64,000 nucleotides of DNA, taken from NCBI GenBank assembly GCA_041917795.1, contig JAYRWX010000042.1, positions 44,981 through 108,980 on the forward strand, written 5' to 3'. The stretch is from Verrucomicrobiales bacterium (GTDB lineage: Bacteria > Verrucomicrobiota > Verrucomicrobiia > Verrucomicrobiales > DEV007). The translations under genes were made by a program, and so were the position numbers. The notes under the pieces were generated by a model. The model saw only the letters and a list, made by a program, of their open reading frames with translations. It ran no database searches and was not told where the DNA came from. Shown one piece after another: positions 1 to 8,273 of this stretch; the stretch's first letter is position 1, and the number at the start of each line of letters is the position of its first letter.

Positions 1-466
1 TGACCTGGACGGAGGCGGAGTCGGCCGTGATCATCGGGATCATCAGCGGATTGAGGCGACCGGCCCCCCGTTGGTCCATGGCGTGCTGGTTATCCGTGTA
101 AGTCTGGATGCCGCCGGCTCCGGAGCCGATGATGACGCCGATGTCATTGTGGTTGGAATCGTCAATGACCAGCCCCGCGTGCGCGACGGCTTCGCGGGCG
201 GCGGCGACGGCGAAGTGCGAAAACCGGTCGGCGCGGCGCGCTTCCTTTGGCTCCATCACGGTGGTCGGATCGAAGCCCTTCACTTCGCCGGCGATGCGAG
301 CGGGCAGGTGATCGACGGGAACGAGGGTGACCGGGCCAATGCCTGAACGACCCTCCACGACCGCCCGCCAAGAGGTCTCGACATCAAGCCCGACCGGCGT
401 CACCGCTCCGAATCCGGTGACGACGACACGCTGCGGGAAGTAGGGGGTGGAGGAGCTGAAGTTCAA
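1..466 (-). CDS. fabF: 3-oxoacyl-[ACP] synthase II (KAS II), N-terminal ~155 codons; the rest lies beyond the window edge
   Basis: Hand translation of the minus strand gives (M)NFSSSTPYFPQRVVVTGFGAVTPVGLDVETSWRAVVEGRSGIGPVT...MEPKEARRADRFSHFAVAAAREAVAHAGL...GVIIGSGAGGIQTYTDNQHAMDQRGAGRLNPLMIPMITADSASVQV. This is the canonical KAS N-terminal half. It is absent from the ORF track because it is open at the window edge. TTG at 464-466 is the nearest plausible start, so the start is uncertain. Confidence 0.85.
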   Translation of the reverse strand, partial: MNFSSSTPYFPQRVVVTGFGAVTPVGLDVETSWRAVVEGRSGIGPVTLVPVDHLPARIAGEVKGFDPTTVMEPKEARRADRFSHFAVAAAREAVAHAGLVIDDSNHNDIGVIIGSGAGGIQTYTDNQHAMDQRGAGRLNPLMIPMITADSASVQV

Positions 467-560
467 TCGGCGGAGAGGAAAAAGGTCTGCCGCAAGAAGC
501 GGGACCCTCTCCTATAAGCGAGGCGTTGCGTGGCCGACAACCCGAATTTGCCCGAACCGA

Positions 561-1112
561 TTACTTCCGCAGCGTTCCCGATGTGACCGAAGAGGCCCAA
601 AGCACATTGCCGACCTGACGGTTCAGCAGAAAGCGGTCGGTGCGCTCCATCCTGAAACGGGCACGGCGTCCCTCGCCGCGCTTGGTGATTTTAAGGACCC
701 GGGAGCCGGTGTTTGTCATCACCTCCTGAAAATAGGAATCGTAGGCGATTTCGGAGTAAATGCCGACCACGCGGACCCGCCGAGAATTGCCCACGGCAGC
801 GCGGATGCTCAAAGGAAAGGTGCTGGCACCGGTAGGAGAGAGGACGGGGATCTCGCTCTTCAGAGGGATCCGCTCCGACCCGCTCATGCTGATCGGAGTC
901 GGCGGATCAAAGGTGGCTGCCAGCTTGTTGTAGAGGACGCTCTGGCCGCTGACGGTGCCGCGGTAGGTGCCCGCGAAGCCGAGTTTGCGCAGGTCCTTTG
1001 AAGTCAGTGGTTTGGCCGCCCCGGGGACAGGTACCAAAAGGGTGGTGGCAAGGGCCGCGGCGAGAAGGTACGGGGATGGTTTTGCAGAAGGGACAGAGAG
1101 ACAGCGGATCAT
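561..1112 (-). CDS. secreted hypothetical protein, paralog 1 of a tandem 3-gene family
   Basis: Part of ORF 561..1151. The internal ATG at 1110-1112 gives MIRCLSVPSAKPSPYLLAAALATTLLVPVPGAAKP, which is signal-peptide-like. It shares the motifs LRKLGFAGTYRG, GNSRRVRVV and ITKRGEGRRARF with the two downstream ORFs. Confidence 0.7.
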   Translation of the reverse strand: MIRCLSVPSAKPSPYLLAAALATTLLVPVPGAAKPLTSKDLRKLGFAGTYRGTVSGQSVLYNKLAATFDPPTPISMSGSERIPLKSEIPVLSPTGASTFPLSIRAAVGNSRRVRVVGIYSEIAYDSYFQEVMTNTGSRVLKITKRGEGRRARFRMERTDRFLLNRQVGNVLWASSVTSGTLRK

Positions 1113-1240
1113 GGTTGAGGTGATGCGTTGTAACCATTCAAAAATACACAAAAATCATAATATAGTCAAAAGGGAGGAGGCGAAAAAAAGGCAGGACGAG
1201 CCTTGTCGTCCTGCCTTGAAACAACGGGGCCGAGCTTCGA

Positions 1241-1783
1241 TTATTTCGTCAAAGTGCCGCCGATGCGCCAGAAGGCGCGCAGCACATTGCCGGACTGGCG
1301 CCGCACATCGAGGTTGTTCGAATAGCGCATCGTAAAACGCGCATTCCGGCCCTCGCCCCGCTTGGTGATGGTGAGGGTTTTCGCTCCCGATCCGACCATG
1401 ACCGCGCCGAAGAAGGTATCGGCGGAGGCACCGGAGTAGCGGGCGATGATGCGGACACGGCGGTCGTTGCCGGTCGCGGGTTGGGAGGTCAGGGCGAAGG
1501 AACTGGCGTTGGTAGGCCCGAGCACTTGGACGGATCTCCGTGCGGGGACGGGTTCGGTGATGTTCGTGCTGATTGCATAGGGTGCGTTGAAGGTGCCGGT
1601 GCCAAGGTTGAAAATTTGACCTTGTCCGCTAACGACGCCGCGGTAAGCGCCGGTAAACCCGGATCTGCGTAATTCGCGGGTGCTGAGTTGTTTTGCCGAA
1701 AGTTCGGCGGGAACAAAGGAGCCACCGATGAGGGCGGCCATGAGCATGGGGATGGTGAATCGATGGATCTGGGATGTGTTCAT
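1241..1783 (-). CDS. secreted hypothetical protein, paralog 2 of the tandem family
   Basis: 180-aa ORF with a hydrophobic N-terminus (IPMLMAALIGGSFVPAELSA). It carries the motifs LRRSGFTGAYRG, GNDRRVRII and ITKRGEGRNARF. Confidence 0.7.
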   Translation of the reverse strand: MNTSQIHRFTIPMLMAALIGGSFVPAELSAKQLSTRELRRSGFTGAYRGVVSGQGQIFNLGTGTFNAPYAISTNITEPVPARRSVQVLGPTNASSFALTSQPATGNDRRVRIIARYSGASADTFFGAVMVGSGAKTLTITKRGEGRNARFTMRYSNNLDVRRQSGNVLRAFWRIGGTLTK

Positions 1784-1876
1784 GTGGATTGCGAGAGGTG
1801 ACGAAGACTCATGATACTACAAAATCTGCAAAAGGGCGTCAAAGCGAATGGTTGGTTTCGAGGGCAACCAATTGCC

Positions 1877-2416
1877 TCATTTTTTCAGGTTCCCGCGGAC
1901 ATCCCAGTAGGCCCCAAGTGCATTTCCGGAGGTGCTCCGGACATCGAGTCTGTCGGAATAGGACATGAAGAATCGAGCGCGACGACCTTCGCCCCGTTTG
2001 GTGATCGATAGAATCCTCGAGCCGGAACCCGCGACGAGCACGTTGTTGAGCACCACGTCGATATCAGTGCCTGAGTAGGTCGAGATGATGCGGACACGCC
2101 GATCGTTACCTTTTGTACTCCCGGTACTTAGGAAAAAGGCGCTCCCGGTGCTGGGACCCACGACCGTATCGAGCAAGGGCACCGGAATCTTTTCGGTGTG
2201 GCGGGAACTGAATATGACAGGAATGAACGTCAAGCTTTCGGTGTCCAACACCGCTCCGCGATAGTTCACCGCCCCGAGGTAGGTGCCCGTGAAGCCCGCT
2301 TTGCGCAGATCGCGCATTGAATACGGTTTTGCCTCGACGAACCCAGCGATCAGGCAGAAGCAGATGAGCACCAGAAAACAGAATGGCTTCGAATTCTGGA
2401 AGGAAAGCCGGGTCAT
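1877..2416 (-). CDS. secreted hypothetical protein, paralog 3 of the tandem family
   Basis: 179-aa ORF with a hydrophobic N-terminus (FCFLVLICFCLIAGFVEA). It carries the motifs LRKAGFTGTYLG, GNDRRVRII and ITKRGEGRRARF. Confidence 0.7.
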   Translation of the reverse strand: MTRLSFQNSKPFCFLVLICFCLIAGFVEAKPYSMRDLRKAGFTGTYLGAVNYRGAVLDTESLTFIPVIFSSRHTEKIPVPLLDTVVGPSTGSAFFLSTGSTKGNDRRVRIISTYSGTDIDVVLNNVLVAGSGSRILSITKRGEGRRARFFMSYSDRLDVRSTSGNALGAYWDVRGNLKK

Positions 2417-2489
2417 GCGATTGCCGCAGACTAGCTGTGGTTAGGGCTCCCCGTCAAAGCAATTGCGGATGAATTCGGAGCGGTTGCGC

Positions 2490-4385
2490 TCAATCCCGTG
2501 AAAATTGCAATTGGTAGAGTTGCGAGTATTCGGGACAACGTTCCAGAAGGGTGGCATGCGGTGCCCGGTCGATTACTTTGCCGCGGGCCATCATGATGAT
2601 CTCATCGGAATCGAGGACGGTGGAGAGGCGGTGGGCGATGGCGATGACGGTCTTGCCCCTCGATAGCTCGGCCAGGGCCGACTGGATCGCCTTTTCGGAT
2701 TCGGAGTCGAGGGCCGAGGTGGCTTCGTCGAGGAAAAGGATGGGGGCGTCGCGCAAGAGGGCGCGGGCGATGGAGAGCCGCTGCTGCTGGCCGCCGGAGA
2801 GGGTGCAGCCCTTGTCCCCGAGGATGGTCTCGTAGCCCTGGGGCTGGGCGAGGATGAAGTCGTGGGCGTGGGCCAACCGGGCGGCGTGCTCGATTTCGGC
2901 ATCCGATGCTTCAAGATGGCCGAAGCGCAGGTTGTTGCGGATGGTGTCGTGGAAAAGGAAGGTCTCCTGACTGACCAGGCCGATGTTGTCGCGCAAGGAA
3001 CTCTGGGTGTAGTCGCGGACATCGCGTCCATCGACGAGGATACGGCCCTGCTCGATTTCGTAGAATCGCAAGATAAGGGACAGCAGGGTGGACTTGCCCG
3101 ATCCGCTCTGCCCGACGAGGGCATACTTCTTGCCTGGTTCGAACTTCAGCGAGATGCCCTCGACCGCGGCGGTTTCGCCGGTGTAGGAGAAGGTGACCTC
3201 TTTCAGCTCGATTTCGCCGCGACAATCGGAGAGGACGACGGCGTCGTCGCGGTCTCGCACGTCCGGCACGGCGTCGATGTATCCGAAGACCTTGAGCGCG
3301 GCGACATAGCATTTCTGCATCTGCACCTGCATGCGGCTGAGCATCTTCGCGTGCGGATAAATGCTGATGAGGCCCAGGTTGAGGGTGACGAAGGTCTCCG
3401 GTTTGATCTGGAAATACCAGGCGTAGACCATCCCGATGGCGATACCGAGGGCGCCGACGATCTCGACCATGGGACTGGCCATTTCCATGGCCTTGCGCCA
3501 GCGCATCACGAACTTGTTGATGCGGTAGCTGCCCTCATTGAAGCGATCACGCTGGAACTCCTCGCGTCCGTGGGCTTTAACGAGACGGATGCCGGAGAAA
3601 CTTTCGTGCAGGGTCACCATCAACCCCTCGGATTCCTTCTCCTCGCGGCCACCGGCCTTGCGGACCTTCCGGCTGATCATGGCGACGGGCACGATGCAAA
3701 GGGGGAATACAAAAAGCGCCCCGAAGGTGTAAAGCGGATCCATCATCACCACCATCGTGATGATCGAAAGGATGGCGACGGGGTGCTGGATCAGGGCACT
3801 GAGGAGCTGGCTGCCGGCATCGGCGGTGGTCTTGGTCTGGTTGGCGACGGTCTGGATCAGCTCGCCTTGCTTCACCGTGTTGTAGAAGGAAAGCGATTGC
3901 CGCATCAGGCTCGAGAAACTCTCATCGCGGAGGCGGTAGAGCACCTTCATGTTGATCCAGATCATGCAATACTGGTGCAGGAAGTAGAACACGCCGCGCA
4001 CCAGCATGAGGACGGGGATGCTCAGGCAGACGACGAGGACGAAGATCCATTCCTTATCCGCAGGCAGTTCCGGAGTGGGGATGGAAACATTGGCGAGGGC
4101 GGGTAGGTGGAGGTCCTTGAAGGGGTAATAGACCTCCTGAATCTCGTGCCCCTGCGAGGCTGGCAGCACAATGGTGAAGACCGATTTGAGGACGAGCAGC
4201 AGGAAGCCGTTGAAGGCACCGGCCAGGATGCCGAAGACGATCCCCCAGATGAGACGGGCTTTGAGGGGTTTGACGTAGCCGAGGAGCCGCCGGAAAACCG
4301 CGCGGCGGTCTTCCGCGAGATCGTCGGACGAGGCCGTGGCGAGATCGAGGGCACGGGTGGCCGCGGTGGGAGGGGGCTGGGACAT
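2490..4385 (-). CDS. msbA: ABC exporter, fused permease/ATPase (MsbA/lipid A export-like)
   Basis: The N-terminal half is a 6-TM type exporter domain. The C-terminal half has Walker A GQSGSGKST, signature LSGGQQQR and Walker B ILFLDEATSALD. The start is set at the ATG at 4383-4385 (MSQPPP...). The longer ORF to 4586 would overlap the divergent NusG-like gene. Confidence 0.85.
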   Translation of the reverse strand: MSQPPPTAATRALDLATASSDDLAEDRRAVFRRLLGYVKPLKARLIWGIVFGILAGAFNGFLLLVLKSVFTIVLPASQGHEIQEVYYPFKDLHLPALANVSIPTPELPADKEWIFVLVVCLSIPVLMLVRGVFYFLHQYCMIWINMKVLYRLRDESFSSLMRQSLSFYNTVKQGELIQTVANQTKTTADAGSQLLSALIQHPVAILSIITMVVMMDPLYTFGALFVFPLCIVPVAMISRKVRKAGGREEKESEGLMVTLHESFSGIRLVKAHGREEFQRDRFNEGSYRINKFVMRWRKAMEMASPMVEIVGALGIAIGMVYAWYFQIKPETFVTLNLGLISIYPHAKMLSRMQVQMQKCYVAALKVFGYIDAVPDVRDRDDAVVLSDCRGEIELKEVTFSYTGETAAVEGISLKFEPGKKYALVGQSGSGKSTLLSLILRFYEIEQGRILVDGRDVRDYTQSSLRDNIGLVSQETFLFHDTIRNNLRFGHLEASDAEIEHAARLAHAHDFILAQPQGYETILGDKGCTLSGGQQQRLSIARALLRDAPILFLDEATSALDSESEKAIQSALAELSRGKTVIAIAHRLSTVLDSDEIIMMARGKVIDRAPHATLLERCPEYSQLYQLQFSRD

Positions 4386-4503
4386 TCGCTCTTGGGGGAG
4401 GGGACACCTAAGGGAAGATCGGCCCTTTCGCAAGGTCGGGACGGCTCTCCGGACTTCGCCCTTTCCCGTCGCGCCGGGAGAGGTTAGCGTCGTCAAACCC
4501 GAA

Positions 4504-5058
4504 ATGTCCGAGTCCGAATCCGCACCTGATGCCGGCTGGTATTGCGTCCGCGCCCGCCCCAAGAGCGAGCACATCGCGGCCCGCAATCTCCAGCACTACG
4601 CGAACCTCGACGAGGTCTTTTGTCCGCGGATCCGCTTCGAAAAGCCGACGCGGCGGGGCAAAGTCTGGTTCATTGAGGCGCTGTTCCCCGGTTACTTTTT
4701 CGCCCGCTTCGACCTGACCACAGAACTGAGGACGATCAACGCCTCTCCCGGTGTTTCGGGGGTGCTTCATTTCGCGGACCAGTATCCCCGCCTCCACGAT
4801 CGACTCGTGAGCGAACTGAAGGCGGAGTTCCCGGCGGAGGATGCCGCGATCCGCGAGATCCGCCCCGAGATCGCTCCGGGAGACGAGGTGGTGATCACCG
4901 AGGGGCCGATGAAGGGCCTGCAGACCATCGTGACCCGGTTGACGGTCGGAGCCGACCGCGTCTCGGTGTTGCTGGAATGGCTCGGTCAGGAGCGCGAGGC
5001 CGAGGTCTCGATGCGAGCGGTGATGCGTCCAGGAGACATCCGGAGAGATCTCAGGTGA
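4504..5058 (+). CDS. NusG/RfaH-family transcription antitermination paralog (NGN + KOW)
   Basis: MSESESAPDAGWYCVRARPKSEHIAARNL...VFCPRIRFEK is NGN-like. GDEVVITEGPMKGLQTIVTRL is KOW-like. The start is set at the ATG at 4504, which is codon 57 of ORF 4336..5058. Confidence 0.7.
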   Translation: MSESESAPDAGWYCVRARPKSEHIAARNLQHYANLDEVFCPRIRFEKPTRRGKVWFIEALFPGYFFARFDLTTELRTINASPGVSGVLHFADQYPRLHDRLVSELKAEFPAEDAAIREIRPEIAPGDEVVITEGPMKGLQTIVTRLTVGADRVSVLLEWLGQEREAEVSMRAVMRPGDIRRDLR

Positions 5059-5067
5059 AACGAGGGA

Positions 5068-6042
5068 ATGCTGGCGAGTGACTTTGATTACGAACTGCCC
5101 GAGGAGCTGATCGCCCAGCATCCGCCGGAGCATCGCGGCGAGTCGCGGATGATGGTGATCGACCGCGCCTCGGGCACGATCCGACACGCTTCGTTTCGCG
5201 ATTTTCCAACCTTCCTGCAGCCAGAGGATCTTCTCGTGTTGAACAACACGCGGGTGGTTGCGGCCCGCTTTTTCACCGATGACGGACGCGGTGAGATCCT
5301 GCGGGTCGAGGCGCTTGATGAACACCGCTGGAAGTGCCTCGTGCGACCGGGAAAGCGCTTCCGTCCCGGGGCCGGCATCGTAATCGGGGGCTGCACCGGC
5401 CAAGTGGAATCGATCTGCGAGGAGGGCGGCGAGCGGATCATCGCGTTCGACCGTCCGCCCGATGAGGAGCAGTGCGGCCACCTCGCCCTACCGCCCTACA
5501 TCCGTCGTCCCGATGAGGTGAGGGATCGCGAGCGCTATCAGACCGTCTTCGCCAAGTCCGCCGGTGCCATCGCCGCACCGACCGCGGGATTGCACTTCTC
5601 CGAGGAGATGCTGGCCGCCCTGCCCCATGCCTTCGTCACCCTGCATGTCGGGATCGGAACCTTCCGTCCGGTCTCGGTGGAAAACATCGCCGATCACCAC
5701 ATGCACTCGGAGCGTTACGAGCTGACCCAGGCGACTGTGGAGGCGATCCGGGCAAGTCGGCGCACGATTGCCGTGGGCACGACCGTGGTCCGGGTGCTCG
5801 AGTCCTGCGCCCGTGATGGGGAATTGAAGGCTGGATCCGGTGAAACCGACATTTTCATCCATCCTCCGTATCAATTCCGGGTCGTCGAGGGCCTGCTCAC
5901 GAATTTTCACCTGCCCAAATCCACCCTGCTCATGCTGGTCAGTGCTTTGGCAGGTCGCGAATTGATCCTCGAGGCCTACCACGCGGCCGTCCGGGATCGT
6001 TATCGATTCTTCAGCTACGGGGACTGCATGTTGATCACGTGA
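5068..6042 (+). CDS. queA: S-adenosylmethionine:tRNA ribosyltransferase-isomerase
   Basis: The N-terminus SDFDYELPEELIAQHPPEHRGESRMMV and the C-terminus FFSYGDCMLI are both typical of QueA. The 324-aa length also fits. Confidence 0.92.
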   Translation: MLASDFDYELPEELIAQHPPEHRGESRMMVIDRASGTIRHASFRDFPTFLQPEDLLVLNNTRVVAARFFTDDGRGEILRVEALDEHRWKCLVRPGKRFRPGAGIVIGGCTGQVESICEEGGERIIAFDRPPDEEQCGHLALPPYIRRPDEVRDRERYQTVFAKSAGAIAAPTAGLHFSEEMLAALPHAFVTLHVGIGTFRPVSVENIADHHMHSERYELTQATVEAIRASRRTIAVGTTVVRVLESCARDGELKAGSGETDIFIHPPYQFRVVEGLLTNFHLPKSTLLMLVSALAGRELILEAYHAAVRDRYRFFSYGDCMLIT

Positions 6043-6147
6043 ACAAGGCTCGTCCGGGATTCCACTTGTTTCCGCTCCGAACTGCGGGAAACTAGGCGAC
6101 ACGAAACACCTGATCCGCACCCCCGTCGGATCCCCGGGAGAATTCCC

Positions 6148-7815
6148 ATGTTCCATTTCCTCTCGCAGAAGCGACTCCAAAGCCGTGGGTTCTCCAGTGG
6201 CCAGAAGCGCCGCAAGATCACGTCGACCGCCTGGACCGAACTGCTCCGGGCCGGGTGGCAGACGACCACGCTGCTGTTCATCTTTTTCGCGCTGCTGGTG
6301 ACGCTTTGGATCATCTTTTCCGCCAGCGATGATTCGATTTTCGTTGGGAATCCGCTGCAGGTCCTCGTGGTGGCGTCGGTCGTGTCGGCGACGCTGGTGG
6401 TGCATTGGCACGTGTCGCTGCCCCACACCTTCCGCCAGAATTCGCGCATCGCGCTGATGTTGCTCGTGATCGTCAGCCAGCTCATGCTGGTGAAGCTCAG
6501 CGAATACATCGCCTCGACCTTCGCGCCCGAGGGCGGCTTCCGCTTCCTCGTCGAACCCTATATTTTCGCGCCCGTCATGATCTCGCTGTTGGTGGGGCGC
6601 CGGCACGGCACCTTCGCGGTGATCTACTCGAGCCTTTTCGGTGCGATGGCGGTGCCCCGGGTGGAAGCTTTCCACTTCGTGATTTTCTCGATGATCTGCG
6701 GCTTCGTCGCAATTTACCTGACGAACAAGGTGCGCCGTCGCAGCCGCCTCGTCATGGCGGGCATCTACTCGGGCATCGCCTGTGTGTTGCTGGCGACGAC
6801 GCTGGGCCAGATCAGTTGGCCCTCGATCCCGTCGCCGGCCACGGAGTGGGAACTGGTCGCGAAACAGGTGCTCTCGGCCGTGCTCGTCTCGGGCCTGACC
6901 GCCGTGCTCGTGAGCGGGTTGCTGCCGGTGGTCGAGAGTGCCTTCCGCATCACCACCGACGTGTCCTGGCTCGAGCTGGCCGATCTGAATCATCCGCTCC
7001 TGAAGCAGATGACGATCGAGGCGCCCGGCACCTACCACCACAGCCTCGTCGTTGCGACCCTGGCCGAGACCGCCGCCGAGGCGATCGGGGCGAGCGCGGT
7101 GATGTGCCGCGTCTGTTCCTATTTTCACGACATCGGGAAGATGAAGAAGCCCGCTTACTTCATCGAGAACATCGGCGACGGGAACAACCCGCATGATGAC
7201 CTCACCCCGAACATGAGCGCGCTCGTCGTGATGGCCCATGTCAAGGATGGCGTCGACCTGGCGCTCAAGCACAAGCTCAACTCCGAGATCGTGAACGTGA
7301 TCATGGAGCACCACGGCACCACCCTGATCCGATATTTTTACCATCGCGCCCTGAAGCAGCGCGAGGAGGTCCAGAAACAGGTCGATGGGGGCAATGCACA
7401 CGAAGAGGACATCCCCGAGGTGAAGGAAGAGAGCTTCCGCTACGCCGGACCGAAGCCGCGCACTCGCGAAAGCGCGATCATCAGCCTCGCCGATTCGGTC
7501 GAGAGCGCTTCGCGCAGCCTCCAGAAGCCGACTCCGAAGAAGATCGATGAACTCATTGATGAGATCTTCAAGGAGCGTCTCAACGACGGTCAACTCGACG
7601 ATGCCGCGCTGACTTTGGCGGATCTCGCCACCATCAAGGCGAGTTTCAACTCGACCCTGCGGAGCATGATGCACACCCGCATCGTCTATCCGAAGCTGGA
7701 TGACTCCTCCACGGGAGGCTCCGAGAAGTCGAAAAGCAAGACGCGCAAGCTGGTGCCTCCGCCGACCGGGACTGGCGGCAAGGGAAGCACCGAAAACGCC
7801 ACGACCACTCCATGA
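6148..7815 (+). CDS. 7TM-receptor membrane protein with cytoplasmic HD/HDIG phosphohydrolase domain (PgpH/YqfF-like)
   Basis: It has multiple TM segments followed by HHSLVVATLAE...YFHDIGK...MAHVKDG...MEHHGT (HD domain). It sits immediately upstream of ybeY with an ATGA overlap, which is the classic arrangement. Confidence 0.85.
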   Translation: MFHFLSQKRLQSRGFSSGQKRRKITSTAWTELLRAGWQTTTLLFIFFALLVTLWIIFSASDDSIFVGNPLQVLVVASVVSATLVVHWHVSLPHTFRQNSRIALMLLVIVSQLMLVKLSEYIASTFAPEGGFRFLVEPYIFAPVMISLLVGRRHGTFAVIYSSLFGAMAVPRVEAFHFVIFSMICGFVAIYLTNKVRRRSRLVMAGIYSGIACVLLATTLGQISWPSIPSPATEWELVAKQVLSAVLVSGLTAVLVSGLLPVVESAFRITTDVSWLELADLNHPLLKQMTIEAPGTYHHSLVVATLAETAAEAIGASAVMCRVCSYFHDIGKMKKPAYFIENIGDGNNPHDDLTPNMSALVVMAHVKDGVDLALKHKLNSEIVNVIMEHHGTTLIRYFYHRALKQREEVQKQVDGGNAHEEDIPEVKEESFRYAGPKPRTRESAIISLADSVESASRSLQKPTPKKIDELIDEIFKERLNDGQLDDAALTLADLATIKASFNSTLRSMMHTRIVYPKLDDSSTGGSEKSKSKTRKLVPPPTGTGGKGSTENATTTP

Positions 7816-8273
7816 GCGGTCCCTCCCTGCCGCGGATCGGGCTTTATCCGCATGATGATGGAGGGAATCTCGATTTCGAACGGCTCCAGACCTTGGTGAA
7901 TCTGGCTCTGCCTTGGTGCCTGGCCTCGCCAGGGGCCGGTGAGCAGGGCTTGGCCGAACTGGAAGAGGTGGAAATCAACTTCGTCTCCGACGCGACGATT
8001 GCGGTGGTCCACGCCGATTTCATGGACGATCCCACGCCAACGGACGTGATCACTTTCCATCACGGCGAGATTTTCGTGAGCTGCGAGACCGCCCGCCGCG
8101 AAGGTCCGGGACATGGTCACGACGAGGAGGGTGAAGTGCTGCTCTACATGATTCACGGATTGCTCCACCTCAATGGACACACCGATGCCGGAGATGCCGA
8201 GCGCGAGCTGATGCACGGGATTCAGGAGACCATCCTCGCCCGCGTCCTTTCTCAGGGAGAGCCCGGGGTCTGA
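7812..8273 (+). CDS. ybeY: rRNA maturation endoribonuclease YbeY
   Basis: It has the zinc motif HGLLHLNGH, is 153 aa long, and shows synteny with the HD-domain protein. Confidence 0.9.
   Translation: MSGPSLPRIGLYPHDDGGNLDFERLQTLVNLALPWCLASPGAGEQGLAELEEVEINFVSDATIAVVHADFMDDPTPTDVITFHHGEIFVSCETARREGPGHGHDEEGEVLLYMIHGLLHLNGHTDAGDAERELMHGIQETILARVLSQGEPGV

Noticed and set aside
4386-4586. The long version of the msbA-like ORF, starting at 4586.
   Set aside because: It would overlap the divergent NusG-like gene start. The extra 67 residues are low-complexity, and the ATG at 4385 precedes the conserved exporter N-terminus.
5488-7674. Very long antisense ORFs: 5488..7674 (728 aa), 13850..15424, 16993..18543, 19518..21659, 31825..34275 (816 aa), 38157..40268 (703 aa) and 58109..60472 (787 aa).
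   Set aside because: Each lies opposite a gene with unmistakable conserved motifs (queA/HD protein, NamZ fusion, sulfatase, glgB, katG, pgk/tpiA, ABC/rsmB). Each has the Arg/Gly/Asp/His-rich composition typical of shadow ORFs in high-GC DNA.
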